Part shown: in pieces, positions 9,690 through 19,147 of the stretch
Position numbering within the stretch: the stretch's first letter is position 1
How the letters are laid out: each line of letters starts with the position of its first letter
Source of the DNA: Deltaproteobacteria bacterium
Lineage (GTDB): Bacteria > Desulfobacterota > Syntrophia > Syntrophales > Smithellaceae
DNA length: 64,000 nt
Reading direction: 5' to 3'
Assembly: GCA_022703375.1 (NCBI GenBank)
Contig: JAKLDS010000001.1
Span: 13,540-77,539 of the forward strand
Translations under genes and position numbers: made by a program
The notes under the pieces: generated by a model
What the model saw: the letters and a program-made list of their open reading frames with translations, nothing else
The model's database searches: none
Told to the model about the DNA's origin: nothing

Positions 9690-10577
9690 TCATAATGTTG
9701 CCGATCCCGATTGCCTGAACTTATGAGACACATAATCGGCAATCAGATTAAAAATTAATGTCAGTACAAAAAGCACAATACCCGTCGCGAAAAGAGCCTG
9801 ATAGTGCAGGCCGCGATACGGCGCTTCGCCCATTTCCGCGGCAATGCTTGCCGGCATGGGGCGCACCGAATCAAACAGGCTCTCCGGAATCGCCGCGGCG
9901 CCGCCCGCCACCATCAACACAACCATTGTTTCCCCAATCGCCCGGGACATCCCCAGAATGACGGCAGTGGAAATCCCGGACAGCGCGGAAGGCATGATAA
10001 CCCTGGTAATGGTTTCAAATTTTGTCGCGCCCAGCGCATAAGACGCCTCCTTGAATTCACGGGAGACGGCGTAAAGAGCGTCTTCGGAAATGCTGGAAAT
10101 GGTGGGAATAGCCATGATAGCCAGAATAACGGAAGCATTAATTATATTAAGGCCGGTCGGCAGATCGAAAGTTTCCTGCAGCCAGGGTGCGACAACAATC
10201 ATCCCGAAAAAACCGAGCACTACGGAAGGAATGCCCGCCAGAAGCTCGATTAATGATTTGAGAATCTCTTTGATGGAGCCGGGCGCAATCTCGGCAATGT
10301 AAATCGCCGAAAGGACGCCCAGCGGCACCGCTATAAGTGTGGAAAAAAAAGTTACAATAAATGATCCGACAATCAGCGGAAAGATGCCGAAGAGCGGCGG
10401 CTCAGATGTCGGATACCACTCCATGCCCAGCAGGAAATCCCGCAATGATACTTTCTGGAATATGGGCAGGCCTTCCCGGAAAAGAGAAAAGACAATCAGC
10501 GCCAGCACCAGCACGGAGACGAGCGCGAACAGGAATAAAACATATTTAATAATATTTTCTTTTATCCGCCTGGTCAT
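9690..10577 (-). CDS. pstC: Phosphate ABC transporter permease PstC
   Basis: 295-aa permease with motif EASYALGATKFET, adjacent to pstS. Confidence 0.9.
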   Translation of the reverse strand: MTRRIKENIIKYVLFLFALVSVLVLALIVFSLFREGLPIFQKVSLRDFLLGMEWYPTSEPPLFGIFPLIVGSFIVTFFSTLIAVPLGVLSAIYIAEIAPGSIKEILKSLIELLAGIPSVVLGFFGMIVVAPWLQETFDLPTGLNIINASVILAIMAIPTISSISEDALYAVSREFKEASYALGATKFETITRVIMPSALSGISTAVILGMSRAIGETMVVLMVAGGAAAIPESLFDSVRPMPASIAAEMGEAPYRGLHYQALFATGIVLFVLTLIFNLIADYVSHKFRQSGSATL

Positions 10578-10588
10578 GAGATGCTTTC

Positions 10589-11404
10589 TTATTTACCGGT
10601 TTTAATCGGCACAAACCCTTCTTTCTGGACAATTTTCTGACCTTCAGCGCTTTTTAAAAAAGCGATGAACTTGGCCACCTCTCCTTGCGGCTCGCCGTCG
10701 GTGTACATATAAAGCTCCCGGGAATACGGATATTGCTTGGATAGAGCGGTTGCGGCCGAAGCGGCAACACCGTTTACTTCCAGAGCTTTGACATTTTTAT
10801 TCAAATAACCCATCCCCGCATAGCTGATGGCATACCTGTTTTTGGCAACTGCCGTGACGACTGCGCCATTGGAAGCCAGCATCTGGGCGCGCGGTGTGAC
10901 TTTGTTTTTCTTCATGACAAAGTGATCCCAGGACTCAAAAGTGCCGGAGGATGAATCCCGGGAGATGACGACGATTTTCAGGTCGTCTCCGCCCACTTCT
11001 TTCCAGTTGGTTATCTTACCCTGATAAATCAGGCTGAGCTGATCGGTGGATAACCCCTTTACTTTGTTCTGCGGGTGAACAATCGGAATTAAAGCATCAT
11101 ATGCGACAACGTGCGCTAAAGGTTTTACCCCTTTGGCGGTGGCCAGCGCAATTTCTTCTTTCTTGATTGACCGCGAAGAGTTTCCGATGTCGCAGGTTTT
11201 ATCAATCAGGGCTTTAATTCCTTCACCCGAACCGCCGCCCGAAAGGGATATTTGCACTCCCTTGTTGGTTTTCATGTAGGCTTCCAGCGCCGCCTGAGAA
11301 ATCGGCAGTACCGTAGTAGAGCCTTTTATTACGATGGAATCAGCGGCCATGGACAAACTCGCCGTAAAAAGGACTAAAACCATACTGAATATTGTTTTCT
11401 TCAT
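10589..11404 (-). CDS. pstS: Phosphate-binding protein PstS
   Basis: 271 aa with a signal peptide and PstS-family motifs (GSTTV, SGGGSGEG, SRDSSSGT). Confidence 0.9.
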   Translation of the reverse strand: MKKTIFSMVLVLFTASLSMAADSIVIKGSTTVLPISQAALEAYMKTNKGVQISLSGGGSGEGIKALIDKTCDIGNSSRSIKKEEIALATAKGVKPLAHVVAYDALIPIVHPQNKVKGLSTDQLSLIYQGKITNWKEVGGDDLKIVVISRDSSSGTFESWDHFVMKKNKVTPRAQMLASNGAVVTAVAKNRYAISYAGMGYLNKNVKALEVNGVAASAATALSKQYPYSRELYMYTDGEPQGEVAKFIAFLKSAEGQKIVQKEGFVPIKTGK

Positions 11405-11448
11405 TTACTCCTCCTGAACTATAATTTGGGAGCAGTATATAGATTAAA

Positions 11449-11467
11449 TGTTACAATTTGATGACAG
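11449..11467 (-). promoter_or_regulatory. Candidate Pho box upstream of pstS
   Basis: The minus strand reads CTGTCATCAAATTGTAACA, two 7-bp direct repeats with 11-bp periodicity as in the E. coli Pho box. A tatata/tatact -10-like hexamer lies about 8 nt downstream. Confidence 0.55.
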
Positions 11468-11483
11468 GATGATGAAAAAATTA

Positions 11484-12182
11484 TTATTTTGTTTCCACGA
11501 ACTTATAACCAATGCCGCGGACGGTAATGATGTATTGAGGATTATCGGCGTCTTTTTCAATCTGGCTGCGCAGTCGTTTGATATGAACATCAACTGCCCT
11601 TGGCGTGACAAAGGTATCATCACCCCAGACGTAATCTAAAATCTGGTCTCTACTATAGACTCTGCCGGGATGCTGAGTGAAAAAGAAAAGCAGTTTTATT
11701 TCGGTGGGACTGAGGGTTACTTTTTTCCCGTCCGCCGTCACAGTATAAGAAGTGTAATCTATCTGCAATCCGCGATACGAAAATTTTTCCTTCGCGGATT
11801 GCTTGCTGTCATCACGGCTGCGGCGCAGCATTGCCCGTACGCGCGCCACAAGTTCTTTAACGCTGAATGGTTTTGTGATGTAATCATCGGCGCCCATTTC
11901 CAAACCGATTATTTTGTCCGTTTCTTCCGCTTTGGCTGTTACCATGATAATGGGAAGGGATGCCGTATCCGGATTATTGCGCAGCGCCTTGCAGACATCA
12001 ATGCCGGACATTTCGGGAAGCATTAAGTCGAGAATCAGCAAATCCGGTTTTTGGGTTTTGACCAGCCGCAAAGCGGCTTCACCATCGTAGGCCTTGCTGA
12101 CGGAAAATCCTTCCTTCCCCAGATTATAGGAAATGAGTTCGACAATGTCTTTTTCATCATCGGTAATCAGGATTTTTGTCAT
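11484..12182 (-). CDS. phoB: Phosphate regulon response regulator PhoB (OmpR family)
   Basis: Receiver domain (DDEKD...LDLMLP) plus a winged-helix C-terminus (RGIGYKF), adjacent to the pst operon. Confidence 0.9.
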   Translation of the reverse strand: MTKILITDDEKDIVELISYNLGKEGFSVSKAYDGEAALRLVKTQKPDLLILDLMLPEMSGIDVCKALRNNPDTASLPIIMVTAKAEETDKIIGLEMGADDYITKPFSVKELVARVRAMLRRSRDDSKQSAKEKFSYRGLQIDYTSYTVTADGKKVTLSPTEIKLLFFFTQHPGRVYSRDQILDYVWGDDTFVTPRAVDVHIKRLRSQIEKDADNPQYIITVRGIGYKFVETK

Positions 12183-12194
12183 AAATTCCTGTTT

Positions 12195-13100
12195 TCAGCC
12201 TTCCGCCTTCTTCTGGTATTCCTGCCACTTGCTGTCCACCATTTTTTGCAGGCTTTCTATCTGATCCATGCTCATTTTCTGAAACCTTTCCTGCTTCTCC
12301 AGATAATTAACAACGGGAAGCCGGCGGCCTCTCTGAGCAATTGTTTTGCTGCGGCTGGTGAAATGAAATTTGCCGTCTTCAATTTCGAAAAGAACAAAGA
12401 TTCCTGTTTCGATGGCGAGCCTGGCGATTTTCACCGTATCGCGCGGCGGATAGCCCCAGCCCGGGGGGCAGGGCGCCTGAATCTGCAGATAGCGCGTTCC
12501 CACGATGCGTTTGGCCTTGACGAACTTGTCATAAAGGTCAATCGGATAAGCGGGCGACGTTGTGGCGATGTAAGGAAGATGATGCGCTTCCATGATTTTC
12601 AACATGTCTTTTTTGTGCTGCACTTTAGTTAAAATCGGTGTGGTTGTCGTCAGCGCGCCCAGCGGCGTGGCGCTGGAACGCTGCGTGCCGGTATTCATGT
12701 AACCTTCATTGTCATAACAGGCGAAAATAAAATCAGTCCCTCTTTCCGCAGCGCCGCTTAAGGCCTGAATGCCGATATCATAAGTGCCGCCGTCTCCCGC
12801 AAAGGCGACGACCGTTGTGTCCGTCTGGCCGGTGGCAGCCAGTCCCGCCACTAAGCCGGCAGCCGATGCCGCTGTGCTGGCAAAGGTGCAGTTCAGGCAC
12901 GGAATCATCACCGATGTTGTCGGGTAAAGGCCGTGCAAAACGGTGAGGCAACTGGCGGGAATAGTTAATATGGTTTTTTGATGCAACGCTTTAGTGGCGT
13001 AACGGTAAGCCAGAGAAAGGCCGCAGCCCTGACAGGCGCGGTTTCCCGGCAGCATGTATTCTTCTTTTTTAACCTTGAATAAATTTTCGGGCATAAACAA
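12195..13100 (-). CDS. porB: 2-oxoacid:ferredoxin oxidoreductase, beta (TPP-binding) subunit
   Basis: CQGCG near the N-terminus and TPP motif GDGGTYDIG; 301 aa. Substrate specificity (pyruvate vs other 2-oxoacids) is not determinable from sequence. Confidence 0.85.
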   Translation of the reverse strand: MFMPENLFKVKKEEYMLPGNRACQGCGLSLAYRYATKALHQKTILTIPASCLTVLHGLYPTTSVMIPCLNCTFASTAASAAGLVAGLAATGQTDTTVVAFAGDGGTYDIGIQALSGAAERGTDFIFACYDNEGYMNTGTQRSSATPLGALTTTTPILTKVQHKKDMLKIMEAHHLPYIATTSPAYPIDLYDKFVKAKRIVGTRYLQIQAPCPPGWGYPPRDTVKIARLAIETGIFVLFEIEDGKFHFTSRSKTIAQRGRRLPVVNYLEKQERFQKMSMDQIESLQKMVDSKWQEYQKKAEG

Positions 13101-13140
13101 TCCTTTAAAATCAACCGCTAACAGTATTTTCCGGCGTTAT

Positions 13141-14346
13141 TCACTGGCGGCAGTTCAGCCAGTGAGTTTTAAAACGGGATTCCTGTCCTTTCATTTCCGC
13201 GAGAGATTTTTTCACGGCTTCGCAGATTTCGGAAGCTTTGACATCCCGGCCTCCCAAACCCGCGACAATATTATGCAGAGGAGCATTGATTGCCGTGCCG
13301 TAGAGGGCCGCTTTGATATCAGAACAAAGAGCGCCTTCATAACCGTAGCTGATATCTTTTTCCAGAACAATGATGGCCTTTGCTTTGCCCAGAGCTTTTT
13401 GCACTTCCGCCCGCGGAAAAGGGCGATAAACGCGAATGCCAACGACACCCGCCTTTATTCCGGCCTCCCGCAGCATATCCACTGCGACCGTTGCTTCGGA
13501 GGCAATGGAACCCATGCCGGTTAGAATGATTTCGGCATCCTTGTCTTGATAGCTCCAGAGCATTTCCCGGTAATCGCGGCCCGTCAGTTCCGAGTATTTC
13601 CTGCCGGCTTCAACAATGACTTCTCTGGCTTTTTCCAGAGCCTCCTGCAGCTTATAGCGCATTTCCATGTAGCCATCGCATAAAACGCCTGCGGAATTCT
13701 TCCGCAAAACGGCAAACATCACGGGATTGATATTACGGACATTGTCCGGCGATAAAATAGTATGCGGCCGGTAGGGCGATAGATAGGAATCTACCATATC
13801 GGCTTGCGGCACGGCCACGGGCATCATAGTGTGGGAAAGGACAAAACCGTCATAACATACCATGACCGGCGCATATACTTCTTCGGCAATCCGGTAGGCC
13901 TGAATGACAGTGTCAATGATTTCCTGATTGTTCCGGCAGTAGAGCTGAATCCAGCCGGTGTCGCGCTGCGCGATGGAATCCTGCTGATCATTGAAGATGG
14001 ACCAGGGGGCGCCGACACCGCGGTTGACGCAGCACATCACAATCGGCAGCCGCGAGCCTGCCGCCCAGTGGAGTTGCTCGTGCATGTAAAGGAGTCCGTG
14101 TGAACTGGTGGAAGTGAATGCTCTTGCTCCCACGGTGGAAGCAGAGATGCAAACTGTCATTGCCGAATGTTCGCTTTCCACGCGAACGTATTGGGCGGGC
14201 AATTCGCCGCTTTCCACATATTGGGAAAGTGTTTCAGTAACCGATGTCTGGGGGGTTATCGGATAGGCAGCTATCACCTGCACCCGGCAGAGACGGGCGG
14301 CGGTGGCGGCGGCGGTATTGCCGGTCATGATAATTGTTTTACTCAT
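13141..14346 (-). CDS. porA: 2-oxoacid:ferredoxin oxidoreductase, alpha subunit
   Basis: 401 aa with the typical N-terminus GNTAAATAARLCRVQVIAAYPITPQT. It overlaps the delta subunit gene by 8 nt. Confidence 0.85.
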   Translation of the reverse strand: MSKTIIMTGNTAAATAARLCRVQVIAAYPITPQTSVTETLSQYVESGELPAQYVRVESEHSAMTVCISASTVGARAFTSTSSHGLLYMHEQLHWAAGSRLPIVMCCVNRGVGAPWSIFNDQQDSIAQRDTGWIQLYCRNNQEIIDTVIQAYRIAEEVYAPVMVCYDGFVLSHTMMPVAVPQADMVDSYLSPYRPHTILSPDNVRNINPVMFAVLRKNSAGVLCDGYMEMRYKLQEALEKAREVIVEAGRKYSELTGRDYREMLWSYQDKDAEIILTGMGSIASEATVAVDMLREAGIKAGVVGIRVYRPFPRAEVQKALGKAKAIIVLEKDISYGYEGALCSDIKAALYGTAINAPLHNIVAGLGGRDVKASEICEAVKKSLAEMKGQESRFKTHWLNCRQ

Positions 14347-14632
14347 CGTTATCTCCTTCGGGAACCATCGAGATAGCTTTAGCCGGGCATTCTTCCGCGC
14401 AAATTCCGCAACCCTTGCAGTAATCCATGTCTATTTCCACAGGAATGCCGGTTTTGATAACTCCTTCCGGGCAATAAAGCCAGCAGAGATAACAGGCCGC
14501 TTTGTTCTTCACGGTCGGAATACATTTGCTGTGATTAATAACCGGTTTTAAATCACGCCAGTCGCCGGTTCTTCCGGCCTCGCCCACGGCCACCGTGCTC
14601 ATCGCCGAGATGTTTTCGTCTTTCTTTTCCAT
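14339..14632 (-). CDS. porD: 2-oxoacid:ferredoxin oxidoreductase, delta subunit (2x[4Fe-4S] ferredoxin)
   Basis: 97 aa with Cys clusters CYLCWLYCP and CKGCGICAEECP. Confidence 0.8.
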   Translation of the reverse strand: MEKKDENISAMSTVAVGEAGRTGDWRDLKPVINHSKCIPTVKNKAACYLCWLYCPEGVIKTGIPVEIDMDYCKGCGICAEECPAKAISMVPEGDNDE

Positions 14633-14730
14633 GTCATTATTCCAGCACCTTATCGCTTTAAAGTCAATATCAACATATTCCCCGGCTCGGATTCCCTGCC
14701 TGCAAATGATGAAAAGCTCTGCGAGAAATG

Positions 14731-16047
14731 CTATGCCGGGAAAATATCTTTCGCTATCCTCCTGACTTCAGCCATCGCCTCATCAATGTCAATAGTCAGC
14801 AGCTTTCTGTCTTTCATCACAATTTTGCCGCCGATAATGCTTGTTTTAACATCAGCGCCGCCTGCGGCATAAACAATCTGGGAATAGCAGTTATAAAGCG
14901 GCGTGAGGTGGGGCTTGTTCATGTCCAGCAAAATAATGTCGGCATCTTTGCCGATTTCGATTGAACCGATGCAATCTGCCATACCCAGCGTTTTAGCGCC
15001 GCCCCGAGTTGCCAGAGTTACGACAGTTTCCGCGTTCATTACCGTGGGGTCCATGGCGGCAATTTTGTGAAGTTTCGCTGCCGTATTCATTTCGCCGAAC
15101 ATATCGAGATTATTGTTGCTGGCGCAACCATCGGTTCCCAATCCACAGGTGATTCGCCTGGCAAGCAAAGCGGGAACGGGCGCAACACCGGCGGCCAGCT
15201 TCATGGAGCTTTCCGGATTGTGTGAGACCGCTACGCCGCGCTCAGCCAGAATATCCAGGTCTCTGTCAGCAAGCCAATTGCAGTGAACTGCGATTGTTTT
15301 TCCATCCAGAACTCCCAGATTATCAAGATGCTGAACGGGCGCTCTGCCATAACGCTTCTCAATATCCTGCGACTCATCTTTGTTTTCCAGCAAATGAGTA
15401 AAATATAAAACCCCGGTTTTCCTCGCTATTTTTTTAATTTCAATCAGTGTTTGCGGTGAGCAGGTGTAGGGGGCGTGGCAAAATAACGCCGGGCTGATGA
15501 GAGGATGAGCGTTATGCCAGCGATTAATGAATCGTTCGGCAACGACTGATTTTTTTGCCGGCTCAGGATTATCCGGTGTCGGGAAATCAAGAAATCCCTG
15601 CGCTATAACCGCTCTCATTCCTGCCTTAATGGCAGCAGCACCGACCGCGTCTTCATAGAAATAACCGTCGCAAAAAGTGGTTGTGCCGGAAAGAATCATT
15701 TCCGCCATCGCTAAAAGTGCGCCTGAATAAACCGCCTCTTTATTGATGAAACGCTTTTCCGCGGGAAAGATGAAATTGTTGAGCCAATCCTGCAGCGGCA
15801 GGTCATCAGCCATGCCGCGAAAAATAACCATCGGCAGGTGGGTATGGGTGTTGACCAATCCCGGCATAACAAGACAATCGCCGGCTTCTATTGTACACCC
15901 GGCGTTATACGCTGCTTCTTCGTTGCCGATATGGATGATTTTACCGTCTTTGATGCCGATAAGATGATTCCGGAGAATATCCATTTTCTCCGACATTGTT
16001 AAAATAATGCCGCCTTTGATTGCGATATCCCAATTGTTGATTGTCAT
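14731..16047 (-). CDS. mtaD: Amidohydrolase, 5-methylthioadenosine/S-adenosylhomocysteine deaminase-like
   Basis: Metal-binding HTHLPM motif and length and sequence typical of MtaD/SsnA-type deaminases. The start is ambiguous: ATG at 16047 or TTG at 16065. Confidence 0.75.
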   Translation of the reverse strand: MTINNWDIAIKGGIILTMSEKMDILRNHLIGIKDGKIIHIGNEEAAYNAGCTIEAGDCLVMPGLVNTHTHLPMVIFRGMADDLPLQDWLNNFIFPAEKRFINKEAVYSGALLAMAEMILSGTTTFCDGYFYEDAVGAAAIKAGMRAVIAQGFLDFPTPDNPEPAKKSVVAERFINRWHNAHPLISPALFCHAPYTCSPQTLIEIKKIARKTGVLYFTHLLENKDESQDIEKRYGRAPVQHLDNLGVLDGKTIAVHCNWLADRDLDILAERGVAVSHNPESSMKLAAGVAPVPALLARRITCGLGTDGCASNNNLDMFGEMNTAAKLHKIAAMDPTVMNAETVVTLATRGGAKTLGMADCIGSIEIGKDADIILLDMNKPHLTPLYNCYSQIVYAAGGADVKTSIIGGKIVMKDRKLLTIDIDEAMAEVRRIAKDIFPA

Positions 16048-16051
16048 GAAT

Positions 16052-16522
16052 TCAGATGTAATCAATGAGCATTCCGCTGGTCATCCTTAACCTCTGGCTG
16101 ATTAGTGTGCCCAGCTTGTGAAGAAGTTTTATACCCAATTTCGGTGATTCTTCCAACAGTAAGTTCAGCTTATCTCTTGTCAGGACCAGCATTACGGTCT
16201 GTTCGGCGGCTTTTACCGAAGCCGATCGCGCTTCGCCGTCGAACAGAGTCATTTCACCGAAGGTTTTTCCTTTCTTAACGGTGGAAAGGATTTTGTTCTG
16301 GCTGGCCATGTTTTCCTTGATTACACTGACACTGCCTTCCGCAATAATGCACATATAGGCGTCATGTTCACCTTCGTTAATGATTGTTGCGCCGGCGGCA
16401 GCTTTGGCTACATGAAAGTATTTGACCAGATTTTCAATTTCTTTCCAGGAGAACTCATCTGCCCAGTTGGTCTTATCCAGCATCTCCGCTTTTTTGCCGA
16501 TAGGAAGGTTTATGTTTTCCAT
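16052..16522 (-). CDS. Cyclic nucleotide-binding domain protein
   Basis: 156 aa with cNMP-binding signature FGEMTLFDGEARSASV and no attached output domain. Confidence 0.75.
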   Translation of the reverse strand: MENINLPIGKKAEMLDKTNWADEFSWKEIENLVKYFHVAKAAAGATIINEGEHDAYMCIIAEGSVSVIKENMASQNKILSTVKKGKTFGEMTLFDGEARSASVKAAEQTVMLVLTRDKLNLLLEESPKLGIKLLHKLGTLISQRLRMTSGMLIDYI

Positions 16523-16557
16523 GAAAAATTATATTTCCCCGACAAGATAATTAGAAA

Positions 16558-16869
16558 TTAATTCTCAGTTTTCTGGCTGTTTTCCGCTTTAGCTTTTAAC
16601 TTTTCCAACTCTTCTTTGTAGCGTTCCGCCTGTGCTTTGACTGTTTCAATTTCTTCTTTGGCTTTTCCCAGCTTTTCATCCTGTTTTTGTCTTTCTTCCC
16701 GGATTTTCTCCTGCATTTCGTCAATCCCTACATAAACAGCGAGGGCGCCGCCCAAAAGCAGAAAAATGGGAAAAGCTCCGCGAATAATGGTCATGAAATC
16801 ATCCCACCAGAAAATCAGGCTGATTAACCCGATAATAGCAGAAACAATACCGCCAACGAGTAAAGACAT
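16558..16869 (-). CDS. Small membrane protein with a Lys/Glu-rich coiled-coil tail
   Basis: ATG at 16869 is preceded by ggagg (8-nt spacing). Two hydrophobic helices are followed by QEKIREERQKQDEKLGKAKEEIE... The function is unknown. Confidence 0.55.
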   Translation of the reverse strand: MSLLVGGIVSAIIGLISLIFWWDDFMTIIRGAFPIFLLLGGALAVYVGIDEMQEKIREERQKQDEKLGKAKEEIETVKAQAERYKEELEKLKAKAENSQKTEN

Positions 16870-17271
16870 AATTAAACCTCCGGTCTGAATAGAAATTAAT
16901 GACAATTTTATCCCGTCAGAGATAACGGGATACCGGCTATGGGAAAAGTTCCCCGATTCCTGGCGGAGGAACTTCATAAATTTCATCATTTTTTATCATG
17001 AAAGAAACTCCGAGGCAAGTTGGAAATAAATGAAATAAAAGAAATATTAATGCTAAAATATTGCTTGATTTAAAGTTATTCATCATTTAAGTATCTCTAT
17101 TTTAGCGTGAGAGTCTGATTTCCCTGATGTGGTTAAGGGATAAATGCTGGCGGGCCGCTTTGCTGAGACGGAATTTGCTGGCCGAATTATGCCGGATAAG
17201 AAGCTGTTTGATAGCGAAAATACTACGGATTTTATGCCGTAAGTCAACGATATTGAAGCATGAGGATGTAT

Positions 17272-17646
17272 ATGATTTTACTTGATTTTGGAAAGAGCGA
17301 CGGATTGATTCCCGTCATAGTACAGGATTACGAAACAAAAGAAGTTTTAATGCTGGCTTACATGAATCAGGAAGCCTGGGAAGCCTCCCTGAAAACAGGC
17401 AAGGCGACTTACTGGAGCCGTTCACGCCGGAAACTGTGGCTCAAGGGAGAAACTTCCGGCCACTTTCAGATTATTCACAATATTTTTATTGATTGCGATG
17501 ATGATACTGTTTTGTTGCAGGTGAAACAGTTGGGTGAGGCCGCCTGCCACACCGGCTATAAATCCTGCTTTTACCGCAAGGTTGAGGGTGGTGGATTTAA
17601 GATCATCGGTGAAAAGGTGTTTAATCCGGAGGATGTTTATAAATGA
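17272..17646 (+). CDS. hisI: Phosphoribosyl-AMP cyclohydrolase
   Basis: Conserved [17 protein letters not shown] and CHTGYKSCF motifs. ATG at 17272 is preceded by gagga. Confidence 0.9.
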   Translation: MILLDFGKSDGLIPVIVQDYETKEVLMLAYMNQEAWEASLKTGKATYWSRSRRKLWLKGETSGHFQIIHNIFIDCDDDTVLLQVKQLGEAACHTGYKSCFYRKVEGGGFKIIGEKVFNPEDVYK

Positions 17647-18518
17647 GTATTTTAAAAATAGGTATCCCGAAAGGGAGCCTGGAAGCCAATACGGTTGATT
17701 TATTCAAGAAGGCCGGATGGCGCATTAATTATGACAGCAGGAGTTATTTCCCTGATATTGATGATGACGAGCTTTCCTGTTCCCTGGTGCGGGCGCAGGA
17801 GATTTCGCGCTATGTGGAGGACGGCACGCTGGATTTGGGATTGACCGGGATTGACTGGATTCTGGAAAATTCGTCTGATGTGGTTGCCGTACAGGATCTT
17901 GTTTATTCCAAAGTTTCCACAAGACAGGCGCGCTGGGTGCTAGTTGTCCGTGATGATTCTCCTTATCAGTCTATCGAAGATATGGAAGGCAAAAAAATTT
18001 CGACCGAGCTGGTAAGTTTTACCAGAAAGTATTTTGCCGACAGAAAGATTAACGTTCATGTTGAATTTTCCTGGGGCGCCACAGAGGCTAAAGTCGTTGA
18101 AGGCCTGGTGGATGCGGTTGTGGAAGTTACGGAAACCGGTTCGACTATCAAGGCTAATAAATTACGGATTATTCATGAACTGATGAAAACCAACACGCAG
18201 CTGATAGCCAATCGGGCTGCCTGGAATGATCCCTGGAAGCGCAAGAAGATTGAACAGGTGAAAACTCTGCTGATGGGATCGCTCCTTGCCATGGGGAAAG
18301 TCGGCATTAAATTGAACGTTGCCAAAAAAAATCTGGGAGCGGTGATGCTGCTTTTGCCTTCGCTTAAATCTCCAACCGTTTCAACGCTTTATTCCAACGA
18401 AGAATGGTTTGCCGTGGAATCAATAGTGGCGGCCGGGGTTGTCCGGGATTTGATTCCCGTTCTTCTGGAAGCAGGCGCGGAGGGTATAATTGAATATCCT
18501 CTGAACAAGGTCATCTGA
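17643..18518 (+). CDS. hisG: ATP phosphoribosyltransferase (long form)
   Basis: 291 aa with a typical HisG N-terminus ([10 protein letters not shown]) and a C-terminal regulatory domain. The start overlaps the hisI stop. Confidence 0.9.
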   Translation: MSILKIGIPKGSLEANTVDLFKKAGWRINYDSRSYFPDIDDDELSCSLVRAQEISRYVEDGTLDLGLTGIDWILENSSDVVAVQDLVYSKVSTRQARWVLVVRDDSPYQSIEDMEGKKISTELVSFTRKYFADRKINVHVEFSWGATEAKVVEGLVDAVVEVTETGSTIKANKLRIIHELMKTNTQLIANRAAWNDPWKRKKIEQVKTLLMGSLLAMGKVGIKLNVAKKNLGAVMLLLPSLKSPTVSTLYSNEEWFAVESIVAAGVVRDLIPVLLEAGAEGIIEYPLNKVI

Positions 18519-18533
18519 TGAGGAGCGTATTTT

Positions 18534-19121
18534 ATGACACGCAAGGCAAAGATTGTCCGCAAGACAACGGAAACGGATATCAGACTGGAAATAGATCTTG
18601 ATACGAAAGCGGGAAGCAAAATTGATACGAGTATTCCGTTTTTCGACCACATGCTGGAACTGTTTGCCCGGCATGGATTATTTAAGCTGATTGTTAAAAG
18701 CAAGGGCGACACGGAAATTGACGATCATCATCTCGTGGAGGATTTGGGGATTTGTCTGGGGATGGCTGTAGGCCAGGCTCTGGGAAAAAAGGCGGGAATT
18801 AACCGTTACGGGTCGGCCGCCGTTCCCATGGATGAAACGCTGTGCCGGGTTGATCTTGATATTTCCGGCAGACCGTATCTCGTTTACAAGGTTAGTTTCG
18901 AACGCAGAAAAATAGGCGGATTCGATCCTGCCCTGGTCAAAGAATTCTTCAAGGCCTTTACTGATCACAGTGGTATTACCCTGCATATCAATCTTGCTTA
19001 CGGAAACAACAGCCATCACATTATCGAAGCGATATTCAAGGCATTCGCCCGAGCGTTAAGCGTCGCTTGCAGCATAAACAGCAATATTGACGGCGTCCTT
19101 TCCACCAAAGGAAGCCTCTAA
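18534..19121 (+). CDS. hisB: Imidazoleglycerol-phosphate dehydratase
   Basis: 195 aa with motifs TGIPFFDHML-like (DTSIPFFDHML), DDHHLVED and HHIIEAIFKA. Confidence 0.95.
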   Translation: MTRKAKIVRKTTETDIRLEIDLDTKAGSKIDTSIPFFDHMLELFARHGLFKLIVKSKGDTEIDDHHLVEDLGICLGMAVGQALGKKAGINRYGSAAVPMDETLCRVDLDISGRPYLVYKVSFERRKIGGFDPALVKEFFKAFTDHSGITLHINLAYGNNSHHIIEAIFKAFARALSVACSINSNIDGVLSTKGSL

Positions 19122-19147
19122 GAGAGGTGTCAATCTTGATTAACATC

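Noticed and set aside
12051-12632. 193-aa plus-strand ORF spanning the phoB/porB junction
   Set aside because: It is antisense to two confident genes at once and crosses their intergenic gap. It has no motifs or RBS.
16990-17271. Possible histidine leader peptide or attenuator upstream of hisI
   Set aside because: The only small ORF (32 codons, ~17132-17230) contains no run of His codons, and no terminator/antiterminator pair is evident.
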